NCBI RefSeq assembly: GCF_964194155.1
Contig: NC_135893.1
Span: forward strand, 60,140,001-60,204,000
Source of the DNA: Cetorhinus maximus
Taxonomy: Eukaryota
Direction: 5' to 3'
Length of the DNA stretch: 64,000 nucleotides
The number at the start of each line of letters is the position of its first letter. Position 1 is the stretch's first letter. Position numbers and translations under genes: made by a program. Positions 1 to 13,242 of the stretch are shown piece after piece. Below the pieces are notes generated by a model. That model did no database searches. It saw only the letters and a list, made by a program, of their open reading frames with translations, and was not told where the DNA came from.

Positions 1-51
1 CAGTTGCACAGGTCCTGGCCGTGATACTGAGCTATATTTTTAGGCACGGTG

Positions 52-174
52 ATGGATTTCCTTATTCTGTTCCTCATTTACTTGGCCATTTGCATCTCCT
101 GCATGGTGGTCGCCATCAAATTCTCAAGGCAAAGCCAGGAATGTTTTGCAAGGATCTCACACCATGTGACTCGG
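52..174 (+). CDS. ZDHHC4: ZDHHC4 coding exon 1 ([41 protein letters not shown])
   Basis: ATG at 52, upstream acceptor TTTTTAG ending at 43, donor GTAACT at 175. Matches the MDFLVLFLFYL start of vertebrate ZDHHC4. Confidence 0.9.
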
Positions 175-3100
175 GTAACTGCAATTTAATAGGAACGTGT
201 TTCCATCCCAGATCTGTGTTGAACCAGCTGTTCTCACCAATAGCAGTAGAAGTGCTAAAATTGGGCTCAATGTCCCAGGGTTGGTAAAGGGAAAAGCAGC
301 CAGGGTTCTTGCTCCTCATCGCTACTGAGTGACCTTTGCTGAAAAGTAAAATTAGAAAATGCTGGAATACTCAGGTCTGGCAGTATCTGTGGAGAGAGAA
401 AAACAGAGTTACTGTTTCAGGTTGATAACCTTTCATCAGAATCCTTAGAAGAAACTGCTTGGCTGTGATGTCATCTATAACTAAGTGACTTGCTGAACTG
501 AAATGAATGCTCTGAAACAGTGAATAGAGACTCTTGAGTAAAATTGGAGACCTTGGCCTGAGCTAGTGCGAGATCCACCCAATTGCTTTTTATTGGCCAA
601 ACAGCAAAACAGTGCCTGGAAATTTGTCATCAAATGAGTGCAATTTTTTGCTTAAATGCTGCTCTGCAAGTTGCCTGTGGGCAGATTTTCTAACTGGTTT
701 TATATGTTGTTGATATACTGATTTTTTTTCTCAGACTTTTTTGTTTCTATCAATCATTTATGTTTCTTCCTTGTTTTGTCCTTCTCTCTAGAAATTCCTA
801 TGATTCTACTCACGATTTCTGAAACAGATGCAATCACTATATTTAAAGGTGAACAGGATAAATACCATATAACAAAGCACAGAAACAAGACATTTGGCAC
901 AACTGGTCCATGTTCCACATGAGCTTCCTCCCACAGCTCATTATCTAACCCCATCAGCATATCCTTCTAGCATCTGGGTGTCTTTGTGCATGAATTACAA
1001 AAAAGTTAGCATGCAGGTACAGAGGATATTTAGGAAGGGAAATGGAATGTTGGCCTTTATTGCAAAGAGGATACGGTATAAAAGTAGCGAAGTCTTGCTA
1101 CAACTGTACAGGGCATTAGTGAGACCGCACCAGCAGTACTGTGTACAGTTTTGGTCTCCTTACTTAAGGAAGGATATACTTGTAGGCAGCTCAGAGAAGG
1201 CTCACTAGACTGATTCCTGGGATGAAGCAGCGGTAGTCTTGTGCAGAAAGGTTTAACAGGTTAGGCCTATACTCATTGGAGTTTAGAAGAATGAGAGGTG
1301 ATCGTATTGAAACATGAGATTCAGAGGGGACTTGACAGGGTAAATGCTGAAAGGTTGTTTCCCTTTGAGGGGGAATCTAGAACAAGGGGGCATAGTTTAA
1401 AAGTAAGGGGTCTCCCATTTAAGATGGAGATGAGGAGGAATTTCTTCTCTGAGGATCATTAGTCTTTGGAATTCTCTTCCACAGAGAGCAATGGAGACTG
1501 GATCACTGAATATATTCAAGGCTGAGTTAGACAGATTTTTGATCAACAAGGGAGTTAAGGGTTTTAGGGAACAGGTAGGAAAGTGGAATTAAGGCCACAA
1601 TCGGATCAGCCATGATCTTATCAAATGGTGGAGCAGGCTCAATGGCCAAATGACCTACTCCTTCTATTTCTTATGTTATCACACTTTACACGTGAAAAGT
1701 CTTTGGTTTGTTCCCAGGCAAAAGATCATGCAGTGTCAGCTGTAGCTCAGTTGGTAACATTCTCTCGTTTCTGAGTCAGAAGGTTTTGCGTTCAAGTCCA
1801 ACTCCAGGACTTAATCACAAAAAGCTGACACTCCAATGCAATACTGAGGGAGTTCTGTACTGTTGGAGTTGCCATCATTCAGATGAGACATTAAACTGAG
1901 GCTCCAAGTGACCCTCAGTCACATGTTTAAGATCCTATGACACTATTTTGAAAAAGAGCTGAGGAATTATCCCTGGTGCCCTGGCCAATATAAGTCCCTT
2001 GATCAACATTTGAAAAACAAACTATCTGGTCATTATCACTTTGGTCTATGTGGGAGATTGCTGTGTGCAAATTGGTTGCTGGGTTCCCTACAACAGTGAC
2101 ACACTTCAAGACTACTTCATTGGCTGTTAAGCACTTTGGAGCATCCAGTGGTTATGAAAGGTGCTATATAAATGCAAGTCTTTGTTCTTATTACCTGCCA
2201 CAGACCCAGTCAGGAAATTATGCCTTTCAGGAATCAGCCAGTTTGGTCAGTACTGGTGTTACAGTTCCACTCTTGGTGATGGACATTGAAGTTCCCCATC
2301 CAGAGAACATTCTGTGCCCTTGCTACCCTCAATGCTTCTTCTAAGTGGTGTTCATACAAAGAAGTATCGATCCATCAGCTGAGGGAGGATGGTAGTTGGT
2401 ATAACAGCAGGAGGTTTATTTATCCATGTTTGACTTGATGCTATCAAACTCTAATGTTCAGGGTCAATGTTGAGAACTCCAAGAGCCATGCCCTCGCTCT
2501 GCTGTCACCTCTGGTGGTTATATCCTGCCAATAGGACAGATATACCCAGGGGTGGTGATGATGGAGTTTGGGACATTGGCTAAAAGGTGAGTGTTAGGCT
2601 TTTGCTTGACTAGTGTGAGAGACAGATCTTTCAATTTTACAAGCAATTTCCCAATAGGCAGTATCCAAAGCCTGGGAGGTTTTAGAAAGTGATTTTTTTT
2701 TTTACTTAATGTCACTGAAATTGACTGGGCTGCAATTAGGGTGGTAATTGTATTGCCTCTTGTTCAATATATGTTAGTACCTTGGTCCTGTCGAAGGCAG
2801 AGAATGGTGAGTGCTGTATGGATCTAGGGTTTGTCACAAAGAAGAGGTTTGTGATTTTTTTTATAACCTATGATACAGGTGAGGGAGCTGTGTTGCCAAG
2901 AAAATGGGTTGCTTTCATGGAGTAATTGATAAGGATTAGTAACATTTTAATACAAGAATATATAATTGGTCCATTTCAATTCACCATTGAGCTTGCACAA
3001 TAATACTTTTGACCCGTTTATAGAAAAATATTGGAATCACTAGACAAAAAATGACCAAGGTCCATCTAGTCAACTTTCCACCACAGGTAGAATGACAGTC

Positions 3101-6100
3101 GCATGATACAAGATAATGGCATTTTTAACAAATTGTAGCAATCAATCTCTATCAATTAGTCTACAACCAACCCAGATGTGAAACAAGGAAAACCGCAGTA
3201 ATGGAGAGGTTTGGGAACCGTAGGTTCAAAGCCTCCTGTACCTCCCAAGACATACTACACTCACCACACATCGTGTCTCAAATTATACATATACCGTATC
3301 CCAAAATATTATTCCGTATTTATTCTGCTTTTTATTCGTATTTATGCATGACACAGCAAAGCCACATCCCTAGTAAGCCTAATAACCCTGATTTCCATTG
3401 CCCTTCCTGCATCCCTATTTGAATCTCCTTATAGTTTCTCGTTCTGCCATCCTTGCTGATTGTTTGTTCCAGATCTTTACTACTTTTTTATTGAAAAAAA
3501 TTACCTTGATTTCCTATTTTTGTTTTGCCACGCTTCATTTGAATTTGTTGCTAAATTTTGTATGCAGCTGAAAATATGCTTGGATCTAAATACTCCAAAC
3601 TCACAATAAACAAGCTGAAATGGTGCAATGGGCATGAGAAGGGCCACCTCATCGTGCTGGTTATCAGGAGGAACTATGTTTGTGTTCCATTTTCATAACA
3701 GTGCCATTGCTTTTCTCAGCCTTTGTTCAGTGGCTAGTGTATTCTTTTGTGTCATTAGGTCATGGGCTCAAGACCCTGTCAGAAACTTGAGCACATAATC
3801 TAGGCTGACACTCCATTGCAGTACTGACGAAATGGTACACTGTTGGGGGTATCGCCTTTTGGACAAGAAGTTAAATCAACGTCTTGCCCTCTTGGGTGAA
3901 TATGAAAGATTGCAAGGCATTAATCAAAAAAGAACAGGGGCGTTTTCCTTGGTGGCCTGGTCAATACTTGGCCTCCATTCAACATTACTAAAACAAAATG
4001 GACCATCTAGTCATTATCGCATTGTTGTTTGCAAGAGCTTGATGTGTGCAAATTGTCTGCCAGATTTCCCACATGACAATAGTGCCTATACTTCACAATA
4101 ATCTAATTAGTTGTAAAGTGCATCAGGATGCTCCATGGTCACAAAAGGCACTAAATAAATAAATGCCAGTCCTTTCTTCCTTTTTCACATCTCCATTTTA
4201 TTTCTGTTACTAACAGGTGATTGGGCCAGTGATTCCTCAATGGCTGCAGTTAGTAATGCAGCTTGCTTTACATAGGCTCATCCACCAGAGGTAAGTGTGG
4301 ACATTCTGAAATCACCTGTGCATATCTATGCTCAATCAGTTTGTACAGACAGAGCGAGCAACCGTCTATTCGCCACAATACTGCATTCAACTGAGGTTGG
4401 GAAAAGTCCTGGTTGGCTGAATCAGTTGGGTATCAAACCACTTAAGAATTTTAGGTGCTTCTATCAGATCCCACATTTACCTTGTCTAATGAATAGTTTT
4501 CCAATGAATAGTGTCAGCTGTGGCTCAGTTCATGGAACTCTCGCCTCTAAATCGCAAGATTCCAAATTCAAGTCCCACTCCAGGGCTTGAGCAGAAAAAT
4601 CAAGGCTGACACTCCAGTGCAGTACTGAGGGAGTGCTGCACTGTTGAGGGTGACTTTGTTGAGCCGTTAAACAAAGGCCCCATATGCTTGCTTGGTGGAT
4701 ATAAGAGATCCCATGGCACTATTTTGAAGAAGAGCAGGGGAGTTATTCCTTGTGTCTTGGCCAACATTTATCCCTTAATCAACATCACAACAACAGATTA
4801 TCCGGTCATTATTAACTTGATGTTTGTGGGAAATTGGCTGCTACTTTTCCTACTTAACAAGTACTTCAGAAGTACTTCATTGGCTGTAAAGCGCTTTGAG
4901 ATGTCAGGTGGTCATAAAAAGGTGCTACACAAATGCCAATCATTATTTTTCAAGCCTCATTATATTTTTCCATTCAAGTTTTGTCCTATTTAATCTACAA
5001 TGCATCTTTTTTATGTTTCCAAAATCCTTTGTATCCCAAAGTGCACGGTATTCCCAAATGAATAATCAGTGCCCAAGAGATTCTTTGTCACCCACACGGT
5101 TTTATATTCAAGAGCCTACTTATAAAAGTCAGGATATAATTTTGGTCTCCTGGCATTGCACTTGGGATCCTGTATATCTGCATCCTTCAATCCCATTGAG
5201 CATTTCGTCATTTATAGTCATTTGCTAGTACAGAACTTTAGTATTAAGAGACTTTTTTTTTGTCGAAGCTTTTCGTGTTTCACTCATCAGGACAATTCGC
5301 AAGAAAATAGAGTCAATGTCAGTAGAAACAACATATTTATACTCCATGAGAGTGTTGATTGGTTGGCAAGTGGACTCTGGTAGAGGCGTTGCTATGGAGT
5401 GTATGATTAACAGTATAAATATGTTGTTTCCCCTGACATTGGTATTTTCTTGTGAATTGTCCTGATGAGTACAAGACAAAAAACTTTGACAAAAAGTCTT
5501 TTTTCAGCAATATTCATCATTTATCTTTCTATTCTCTGTTCCAAAATGTGCCATATTACATTTATCTACATTTGCCACATATCTACCCACTTCCCTAAAG
5601 TTCCTGCATTCTACTTCAGTTTGCCACAATTCCTAATTTCGTATTGTTGACAAATATTGTTTATTTCCTCTTGGTTCCAAGTTCAAATCATTTCTGTACG
5701 TGGAAAATGTTAAGGCCTGACATAAATATGTGTTCCTGGAATTTCATTCCAAAGTCTGTATTAGTTTGTGCAAATGGGGGCCAGGTAGCTACGACAATGA
5801 TATGGAATTGTCCACAGAGAAGACAGAAGTTGTTGAACCAATGGATTTGCACAATGTAAAAGTGAAATTACCCTGAGCAAAGACTTAACTGGTAAATAGA
5901 CAGGATAATTCCTTATGAATACAAGAATGTATTAACTTTGAAGTACTGAGGGAATATTAGGCACAATAAAGCAAATCAAGAATCTGATATTTCACTTTTT
6001 TCTTTTAACAGAAGCTCCTTTTTCCTGGTCCTGCATCTTGTGTTAGAAGTAGCTGTGTATGGAGAGTATTCATGGGAAGTGTTTCCTTACAGCTTGGAGC

Positions 6101-9100
6101 TGGGATTCAGACGAAGTATTCTGCTGCTGCCTTACATCCTGGTGCTTGGGAAGATGTACTTTTTCTATCAATGCTGCACCAAAGACCCTGGTAAGAAACA
6201 GACTATTAAAGCAATTAGGCAGACAGATGTCTCACCCTAATCTGCTGTCACCCTTTCTCAGCTGACCGAGGCCATTCCTCAATGTTACCTGCAGCTCTTA
6301 ACCGGCTGCTGTTGGTAGCACTCTTGCCACTGAGACAAAGGTTTGGATTCAAATCCCACTCCAGAAACTTGAGCACATATCTAGACCAGCATTCCAGTGC
6401 GGTTCTGAATGAGAGCTGCACTGTCGGATTTGCCCTCTTTGGATGAGACCTTAAACCAAAGCCCTATCTGTCTTCTCTGATGGACGTACAATATTCCATG
6501 GCATTATTTTGGAGAATAGCAGGGGAGTTCTCTCCTGTTGTCCTGACCAATATTTATTCTTCAAACATCATTACTGAAGATTTTCTGGTCATTAACTCAT
6601 TGCTGTTTATGAGACCTTGTTGTGCACAATTGGCTGCCATATCTCCAAAATACAATGGTAACTCCACTTCAAAAGAGTACTTAATTGGCTGTAAAGCGCT
6701 TTGGATCATCCTGAGGTTATGAAACGTGTTTTAGAAATTAAGTTTCTTCTTTAAGACAACTCTGCCTGCCTTTTGCCTCTGGACAAATTAGTTTTTCTTT
6801 TATTCTTTCATGGAATTTGGGTATCACTGGCAAGGCCAACATTTGTTGCCCATCCCTCATTGCCCTTGAACTGTTTCAGAGGGCAGTTAAGAGTCAACTG
6901 TATTACCATGGGTCTGGAGTCACAGGTAGGCCAGACCAAGGAAGGATGGCAGATTTCCTTCCCTAAAGGACATCAGTAGGCCAATGTTTTTTTTTGGTAA
7001 CAATCTATGATAGTTTTATGGTCATTACTGAGATTAGCTTTCAATTCCAGATTTTTATTAATTGAATTAAAATTTCACCAGCTGCCATGGTGGGATTTGA
7101 ACACATGCCCCTAAAGCATTAGGATGGGACTCTGGATTACTAGTCCAGTAATAATATCACTACACCACCATCTCTCCTAGCATAGTCTTTGATTACAATG
7201 TACAAATTAAACATAATTGAATGGTGCTGCATCATCTCTGCTGTTTGTTTAAAATTTTCTAAACTGGAGGCAGTGCATTGAGCCAGATCTCTTCTAGGAA
7301 CTTGCTGCAGAAATGCTGCCTGTATTTCCAATCTCATCCTGGTTGCCAGATGGAACAAGCAGGTAAAAGCCTAGTGCTTCCCCCAAGAAAGGAGAGGAAC
7401 GTAGAACATTGATCAATTGTTTACTTGGAGCACGCAGCACCCTTAACAGACTGGACAGAAGTCATGGAGTTACAGGAATTATTACAAATCAGATCAAAGA
7501 ATTTTAGACACTAAAACAAAAGTGGATGCTGGAAATTTGAAATTAAAAACCGAAAATGCTGGAAACACTCAGCAGGTCAGGTAGCATCAATGGAGAGAGA
7601 AACAGAGTTAACATTTCAGGTTTACCTTTCATGAGAACTTAGTTTCAGACACTTTCAATTTGTGGCTGTGATTGCTTCAACTGATTCACAGGATTTGCAA
7701 CAGTTAAATTATTTGAGCTTAATGTGTATTTCTTGTTTGTTTCTCAAAGGTATGATTTCTCCTTCAAACCATAAGCAGCTGCTGAAAGTGTATATGTATG
7801 ACGGAATTTTGTATCAACAATCCCACATCTGCCCTACGTGTGAACTTGCAAAGCCAGCACGGTCAAAGCACTGCCGTAAGAAACTTACAACAGTTCTGAT
7901 AAACAGACAATGATTTTCAAATTCTGATGGACTTGCTGTGTATTTGCAGAAATGTTTTGTGAATTCTCCTCTCCAGCCAGGGAAAGCACATGGCCAGTCA
8001 GGTCTTTTGTGTGAGACTGCAGATGATTTGGGTTCTGCACTCTTATTCTTTACAAACAGTGTCTACCAACTTCTGATAATTGTAGAAAATTCACAAGAAT
8101 GAGTGAATTTGCAGGAATTACTCTTTTTGAGCCATATATAAAACATGCAACTATTTTTTAAAAACTCAATTGCAGATTAAAAATGGTAAAACCCAGTCGA
8201 CAGCACAATCAGTGGGGTGGATGGGGTTGGAGAAATAGTAGGCTTTTGCATATTGTACTATAGAAAACTAAAGGGACCAAGAGCAACTCAGCTATTAATG
8301 GCCACTAACATAAATTAACAAGTCCCTGGTGCTCCACAGGGTTGAGCAGAGCATATGGGCATTAATGGTGCACTGGTTCTGCCAGCTGAGATACGAAAAC
8401 CAAAACATGGTTTCTTTCCTAAAGGTCCCGACTCGTCTTGGCCACAGAGCCACATGTGGCATCCGGTACTTCACCTGAGCAGCCACACAAGCACATGTTC
8501 TAATACTATTTCCTAAAATCCAAAGGCGCCTCAAAGATTTTGGCAGATACAGTCCTTTCTAGTGGATCAATTGTCCTCTGGGAATTCTCTCATTTTAATC
8601 AGGATTTATAGAATAGCAGCGAGAAAGGACTTCTGTCTCTCCTACTTGGGCTGGATTTGGTGCTGGGCATCGGGGATGAAAGGACAGTGCCTAACCCCTG
8701 GCACCACAGTCATCTGCTAATGATTTCCTCTTCTCCTCAGGTGTGTGTAACCGGTGCGTCCATCGATTTGACCATCATTGTGTCTGGGTGAATAACTGCA
8801 TAGGGGCATTAAACATACGCTACTTCCTGTTGTACCTGGTGACCCTGTCAGGGATGGCAGCTGCTGTGGGAACCGTGACTGTGAGATTCCTTATCCAGGT
8901 GGCACTGATGTCTAACCTACATCAGGCAATGTATGTAAATACTGATGGTGAACACGTGCCTGTTGGCATCCTGTATATAGTCCAGGTAGAGTTATTTATG
9001 ATTCTTTAAGTCTGTGGCCAATCTATATTGTTTGTTCAGGATTTTGTAAAAAATTAAGTTGCTGTTGGATAATCTTCCAGAATCCTTGTACTATATAAAG

Positions 9101-12100
9101 GTTGTTAGTTCCACATAATTGGCAGCCAAGCCAAGCCATTTACTAGGAAATAGAATTTAGCTTGTAAGTGTAGTACCTGCTTTTAAAAAAGTAAAATATC
9201 AATTAAATGCCAGATGCAACTCTGAAAAATGTTCCATCTTTCCCTCGAATGGGCAAGCCCAGGAATTAAACTGTAACTGCCCCGTTTCATCATTTCAGAA
9301 ACTTGTTTTATCACACGATTTCACATGATCTTTTTTGTCTTTGGCAGAACAATGCTATGCTTTGACAGGCTTCAACTGCTATACACATTTATTAAACAAT
9401 AGAAAAATAATGACAACGTAATTTTACATTAACTAATGCCAGTTCATCTTGTTTTGCTATTTTGTATTTTATTTCGAGATGCATGCCTTGAATTCAGTAG
9501 TAATAAGTCCACCGAGGCTGAGGTTTTTTTACAAAACTAAATTAAACATTTATTAATAGAAAAGATTTTAAGCACATACATAGGTCTGCAAATTACTACT
9601 ATAATAACTCCTAAATACCCTAACTAATCTGGCTCCCAGTTACACCTCTGTTAAGGCAACAGTAAAAAAAATAATAAGTTTCAACAGACCCAGGCAAAGC
9701 ACACAATACCTTGGACAGTGATATTCAAAGTGATTTTCTTAGCTTCGATTTCTGTAGACAGCAACTTGATGCACATAGGCTGGAGGCTTTTCACACTTAT
9801 GTTAGATCTTAGAATTCCTTCACCTTTACACATAACTTCATCTCCTTTATACATGTTTCTCCCTTTTTAATGTAAATTCCATTGTTCCAATATGTCTTTG
9901 CAACTTTACTTTCCCCATTATATAAATCATTCATAGTACTCATTATTAGTAACCTTTGGAAAAAATAAACACACTGCTTGGCTTAGCTTTTTTTAGCTAG
10001 GTGTAATATCCTACCATCTCTTTGAAATTCAAACTACTCTAATTTATCTAAAAATGCAAATTTTCCTCACATTTTGAAACTTCAACCATGTTTATGCTTT
10101 TAGCATTTCAAACCTAGCTTCCCTTTTGGTAACTCAAAGGCTCCAGACCAGCTGTCTCCAATTCAATTAAATCCCCCCCACACACACAAACTAATCCAAA
10201 CCCCACTATTTACCTACCTTTACAACAAATCACAATATTATGAAAATTATTATATTTTCATGATAATTCCAATAATTGACAGCAAGGTTGTCTAACATAC
10301 TGGGCCACAATCTGGGCTGCTGTATCTCTCTATCCAGTCCATGGACTCACTGTTAAAGATATAGGTACTTCCAAGTGAAAGATCTGCAAGGAGTGGCTCC
10401 TCCAATCATGCTGTTTCTCTCCTGTGTTTGCTGTGCACCAGTGAACCTATCAGCAGCATATGTGGGAGAGTCACAGTTTGTGATTGGGGGAGCAGTGCGA
10501 AGGTAAGTAGCCAAGGTCTATTCTCTCTCACCTTCCTGTACAGGCACTGGCCTCATAAAGGAACACAGAGGTCAAGAATGGAGAGCAGACCACGGTGACC
10601 ACAAGGAACAGCAGTTGCAGAAACAGCACCCACCAGGCCCCCCCAGAGCAGTTGGAATCTCAGACAGGGCAGAGTGCAGAAGTGCACCTTGACACTATCA
10701 CAGCCATCCTGAATTCCTCCTTGGCAGTAAAGTGTCCAAACCTTATGGGTCCCATATAGGGAGTGAGAGATTCTGCATGAATGTGAGCGAGACAGCGAGA
10801 GCCCTGAGACTTGGAGTGAGTCAGACACACGCCCTTCCCGTCCTCCCTCCCCAAAAACCTATCCACAAAGCAGGCAGGGAGAGGAGGCAACCCACTTCTG
10901 ACACCCACTTCACATGACTCCCACCGAGACCAGCTCGGAGTGTATGCTGCCAGAGGCAAACACAAGGTCAGCTTAAGTTAAACACAACTCCTTAGCTCAA
11001 CCCCAATCTCCATCCTTCCGTGGTGCCAGGGCTTGGGGTCCAGTCTGTCTCCAGCTCTGCTTCTGAAGCAAAAAGGCAAAAATGTTTTTATGGTTAGCTC
11101 TGCTGCTTGGCACTTTTTAGTAATGTTTATTTATTTTTTTTAAATTATCAATTTATTGCTTTGACATTGCTTTCATGTTGAATGTTGTGCCAAACTTTAT
11201 CTTTCCAAAATTTGCTCATTGGCCCCTTGAGTAAGAAAAAAATTGGTGTGGTCAACCCTAATCTACAGGTTTTTTAAAGCCCAAGCCCCTCAATTTATTC
11301 ACTGCACACTGATTATGTCTTCTCTCCTAGCAGGTGTCCTGAACTGAGTATTACTTAGGTCTCAATGTTATAAAATAACTAATTTGCTGAACTGATATGA
11401 TGAAGCATCTAATGTGAAATCTGTACCTTACCCTCTGGTTTCCAGGTTGCTCTCTGCTTCTGCAGTCACTAGGGTTAAAATCGCTGAGACATCTATGCTG
11501 GGCTCTGACTACACCATTGTACAAGCCATCAACATAGGTAACACTCTAGCCCAAGTCAGTAGGTCTTGGGTTCACGTCTCACTCTAGAGACACGAGCACA
11601 AAATCTAGGCTGATACTTCAATGCAGCACTATCTAATGAGATATTAAAATCAAGATCCCAGCATGATTCAAAGAGGGGCAGGGCCTGGCCAATGTTTGCC
11701 CCTCATATCACCAAATCAGATTGAGTCATTACATCAATGCTGTTTGCAAAATCTTGCTTTATGCAAATTGACTGCCACATTTCCTACATTAAAGCTGCAC
11801 TTCAAAAGCAATATGGAACATCCTGAGGATGGGAAAGGTGTGATATCCGTTGAAAAAAATTTGATTGTAACAGTAACTAAGTACAAATAACTGCATAGGA
11901 GGAATAGGATGGACTGGTTCTTATTGCTATCTGAGTTACTGATGCTTTCTCTTATTCCATTTCTTTAATTACTAACACATTGTCCTTTTTGCAGAAACTG
12001 TTCCTGACCTTTCCTCGGATTTTTTTCATGCTGGGCTTCACGCTCCTCACCTTCTTTCTGCTGGCAGGCTACACTGCTTTTCACTTCTACCTGGTGATGA

Positions 12101-12267
12101 CCAATCAGACTTCAAATGAGTGGTACAAACTTAAGAACAGTTGCCAGTGCCACATAGACAACAGCCGGCCAGACAAACGCATATGGGGCAACATCTATCA
12201 TAGAGGGATCATCACAAATGTGAAAGAAATCATCAGCCCTGAGACAGAACAGAAAAAAATCAGATAA
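52..12267 (+). CDS. ZDHHC4: Palmitoyltransferase ZDHHC4, gene model join(52-174,4217-4290,6012-6190,7750-7875,8741-8985,11995-12267), 339 aa
   Basis: All introns are GT-AG with matching phases; total 1020 nt. N-terminus [11 protein letters not shown]; DHHC cysteine-rich domain [37 protein letters not shown]; TNQTSNEW motif; C-terminal KKIR dilysine signal. Confidence 0.95.
345..443 (-). mobile_element. PLE family A 3'-end fragment with hammerhead-like motif (407-443)
   Basis: CUGAUGA-A-AGGUU(AUC)AACCU-GAAA-CAGU-AACU followed by the family tail. Confidence 0.7.
975..1678 (+). mobile_element. CR1 LINE 3' fragment
   Basis: [29 protein letters not shown]-terminal signature and CR1 3'UTR. Confidence 0.85.
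1732..2190 (+). mobile_element. tRNA-derived SINE (DeuSINE/SacSINE1-like)
   Basis: A/B-box head, GCTGACACTCCA.TGCA.TACTGAGGGAG core, TATATAAATGCAAGTCTTT tail. Related copies near 3715-4180, 4511-4950, 6305-6752, 11570-11840, 20720-21125 (+) and 19585-19830, 44820-45265, 46110-46440, 61385-61780 (-). Confidence 0.75.
4217..4290 (+). CDS. ZDHHC4: ZDHHC4 coding exon 2 ([25 protein letters not shown])
   Basis: 74-bp exon, acceptor TAACAG, donor GTAAGT, phase-compatible on both sides. Confidence 0.88.
4511..4950 (+). mobile_element. tRNA-derived SINE, same family
   Basis: GCTGACACTCCAGTGCAGTACTGAGGGAGTGCTGCACTGT core. Confidence 0.75.
5216..5512. mobile_element. Fold-back Penelope-like fragment (family B) with a hammerhead in each arm
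   Basis: Arms about 5245-5342 and 5412-5505 are inverted copies; 12-bp TSD TTC(G/A)TCATTTAT at 5204-5215 and 5513-5524; homologous to 60700-60870. Confidence 0.8.
5260..5295 (-). ncRNA. Minimal type-I hammerhead ribozyme, intact (PLE-derived)
   Basis: Minus strand reads UUGUC-CUGAUGA-GUG(AAA)CAC-GAAA-AGCU-UC-GACAA: 5-bp stem I, full core, stem II, palindromic AAGCUU stem III, UUC cleavage triplet (C17 = 5265). Confidence 0.88.
6012..6190 (+). CDS. ZDHHC4: ZDHHC4 coding exon 3 ([24 protein letters not shown]...CTKDPG)
   Basis: AG/GTAAG boundaries; transmembrane segments and the DPG motif. Confidence 0.93.
6790..7176 (-). mobile_element. HE1-like elasmobranch SINE
   Basis: - strand head GGTGGTGTAGTGATATTATTACTGGACTAGTAATCCAGAG…GTTCAAATCCCACCATGGCAG; 3' tail shared with the LINE at 35185. 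Confidence 0.7.
7515..7640 (-). mobile_element. PLE family A 3'-end fragment, degenerate hammerhead
   Basis: CUCAUGA-A-AGGUAAACCU-GAAA-UGUU-AACU plus the tail CTGACCTGCTGAGTGTTTCCAGCATTTT. Confidence 0.7.
7750..7875 (+). CDS. ZDHHC4: ZDHHC4 coding exon 4 (…[15 protein letters not shown])
   Basis: First half of the DHHC cysteine-rich domain; AG/GTAAG boundaries. Confidence 0.95.
8741..8985 (+). CDS. ZDHHC4: ZDHHC4 coding exon 5 (DHHC catalytic motif)
   Basis: [28 protein letters not shown]; CTCAG acceptor, GTAGA donor. Confidence 0.96.
9470..10264 (-). mobile_element. Possible solo LTR / non-autonomous repeat
   Basis: AATAAA on - near one end and a TTTCATGA terminus similar to the 42-43 kb element. 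Confidence 0.35.
11995..12267 (+). CDS. ZDHHC4: ZDHHC4 last coding exon ([14 protein letters not shown]…EQKKIR*)
   Basis: TACTAAC branch point at 11970-11976, pyrimidine tract, GCAG acceptor, TNQTSNEW motif, stop TAA. Confidence 0.95.
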   Translation, partial: KLFLTFPRIFFMLGFTLLTFFLLAGYTAFHFYLVMTNQTSNEWYKLKNSCQCHIDNSRPDKRIWGNIYHRGIITNVKEIISPETEQKKIR

Positions 12268-13242
12268 GAGACAGAAACTGACATTTTTGTTCACTTTCAC
12301 CGAAAGATCCTCTGTTCAATGGTGAAATATTTGTACATTTTTTAAAAATTTATAGTTTCCACCAACTATTTTTTTTTACTGTGTCTAACAGATTAAAATC
12401 GAGAATGGGTTGATTACTCCTTAGCCTCATTCCTCCACTCCATTGTGCAAATTGTACAGAGAGTCAGCATCACTTGGACTAGTTCAGGCACTTTGTCCAC
12501 AACATCCATGACTTTCTTCACTTTGTGCTCAATTCCCCTGACATGAGAGGTTAAGGAGGACCATTTTTTCTGAGAAGGTGAGGAAATTAGTTTGATTTCA
12601 ACAAGAGTTTGACACTGTTACAGTGGGCCTGAATCTGCAACACTAGTGAAATGAGAGAACAGGTTAAATTAAATCTGGAGTGGTAGAGAATTGCACAATC
12701 AGGAAGCAGGGACAGTGATGGATGTGACGGCATGATGTGGAAATTTAGATGTCTATGTGCATGAATTGCCAAAGCTGTGCACACACAAGAGAAATCTGAA
12801 GCTCGTGGACCAATTGGGTACACTGCAATGGATGTGGTGAGGAAAGGTTTCTGTAGGGATCACACCTGAGAGAGAAAGTGAAACAGGAGGAAAAGGAGTG
12901 ATTAGCTTCTGGGTGAGGACAGAATACAGGAAGCATCAGAAGAAAACTGAGTAATTAATAAGTTGAGATTCAATGTTTCTTCGTTGTTGGAATTTCACAA
13001 CTCTCTTACCACGTGGGTGAAATGTTCTGCCCAGCTTCTCTAACATTAACATTTCTGATTGATGCCTTTTAGTCAGAATTTGTATATTCAAAAAGATTGG
13101 TCTGGTGAAACAGTGTTTTGGGATGGATTGGGCTGTTGGTCAAAGAAGTAGCAGAGGCCCAATGAGGCCTTTGGGCCAGAACGCTGGAACTAGATGAAGT
13201 GGCAAAGGGTGGTTAGAAGTGTCGCAGATATAGATGGGCAGG

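Noticed and set aside
1732-1810. tRNA-like A/B-box sequences here and at many similar sites
   Set aside because: They are SINE heads with no complete cloverleaf, not tRNA genes.
4208-4216. Perfect TACTAAC directly abutting the exon-2 acceptor AG
   Set aside because: Too close to the AG to serve as branch point; probably coincidental.
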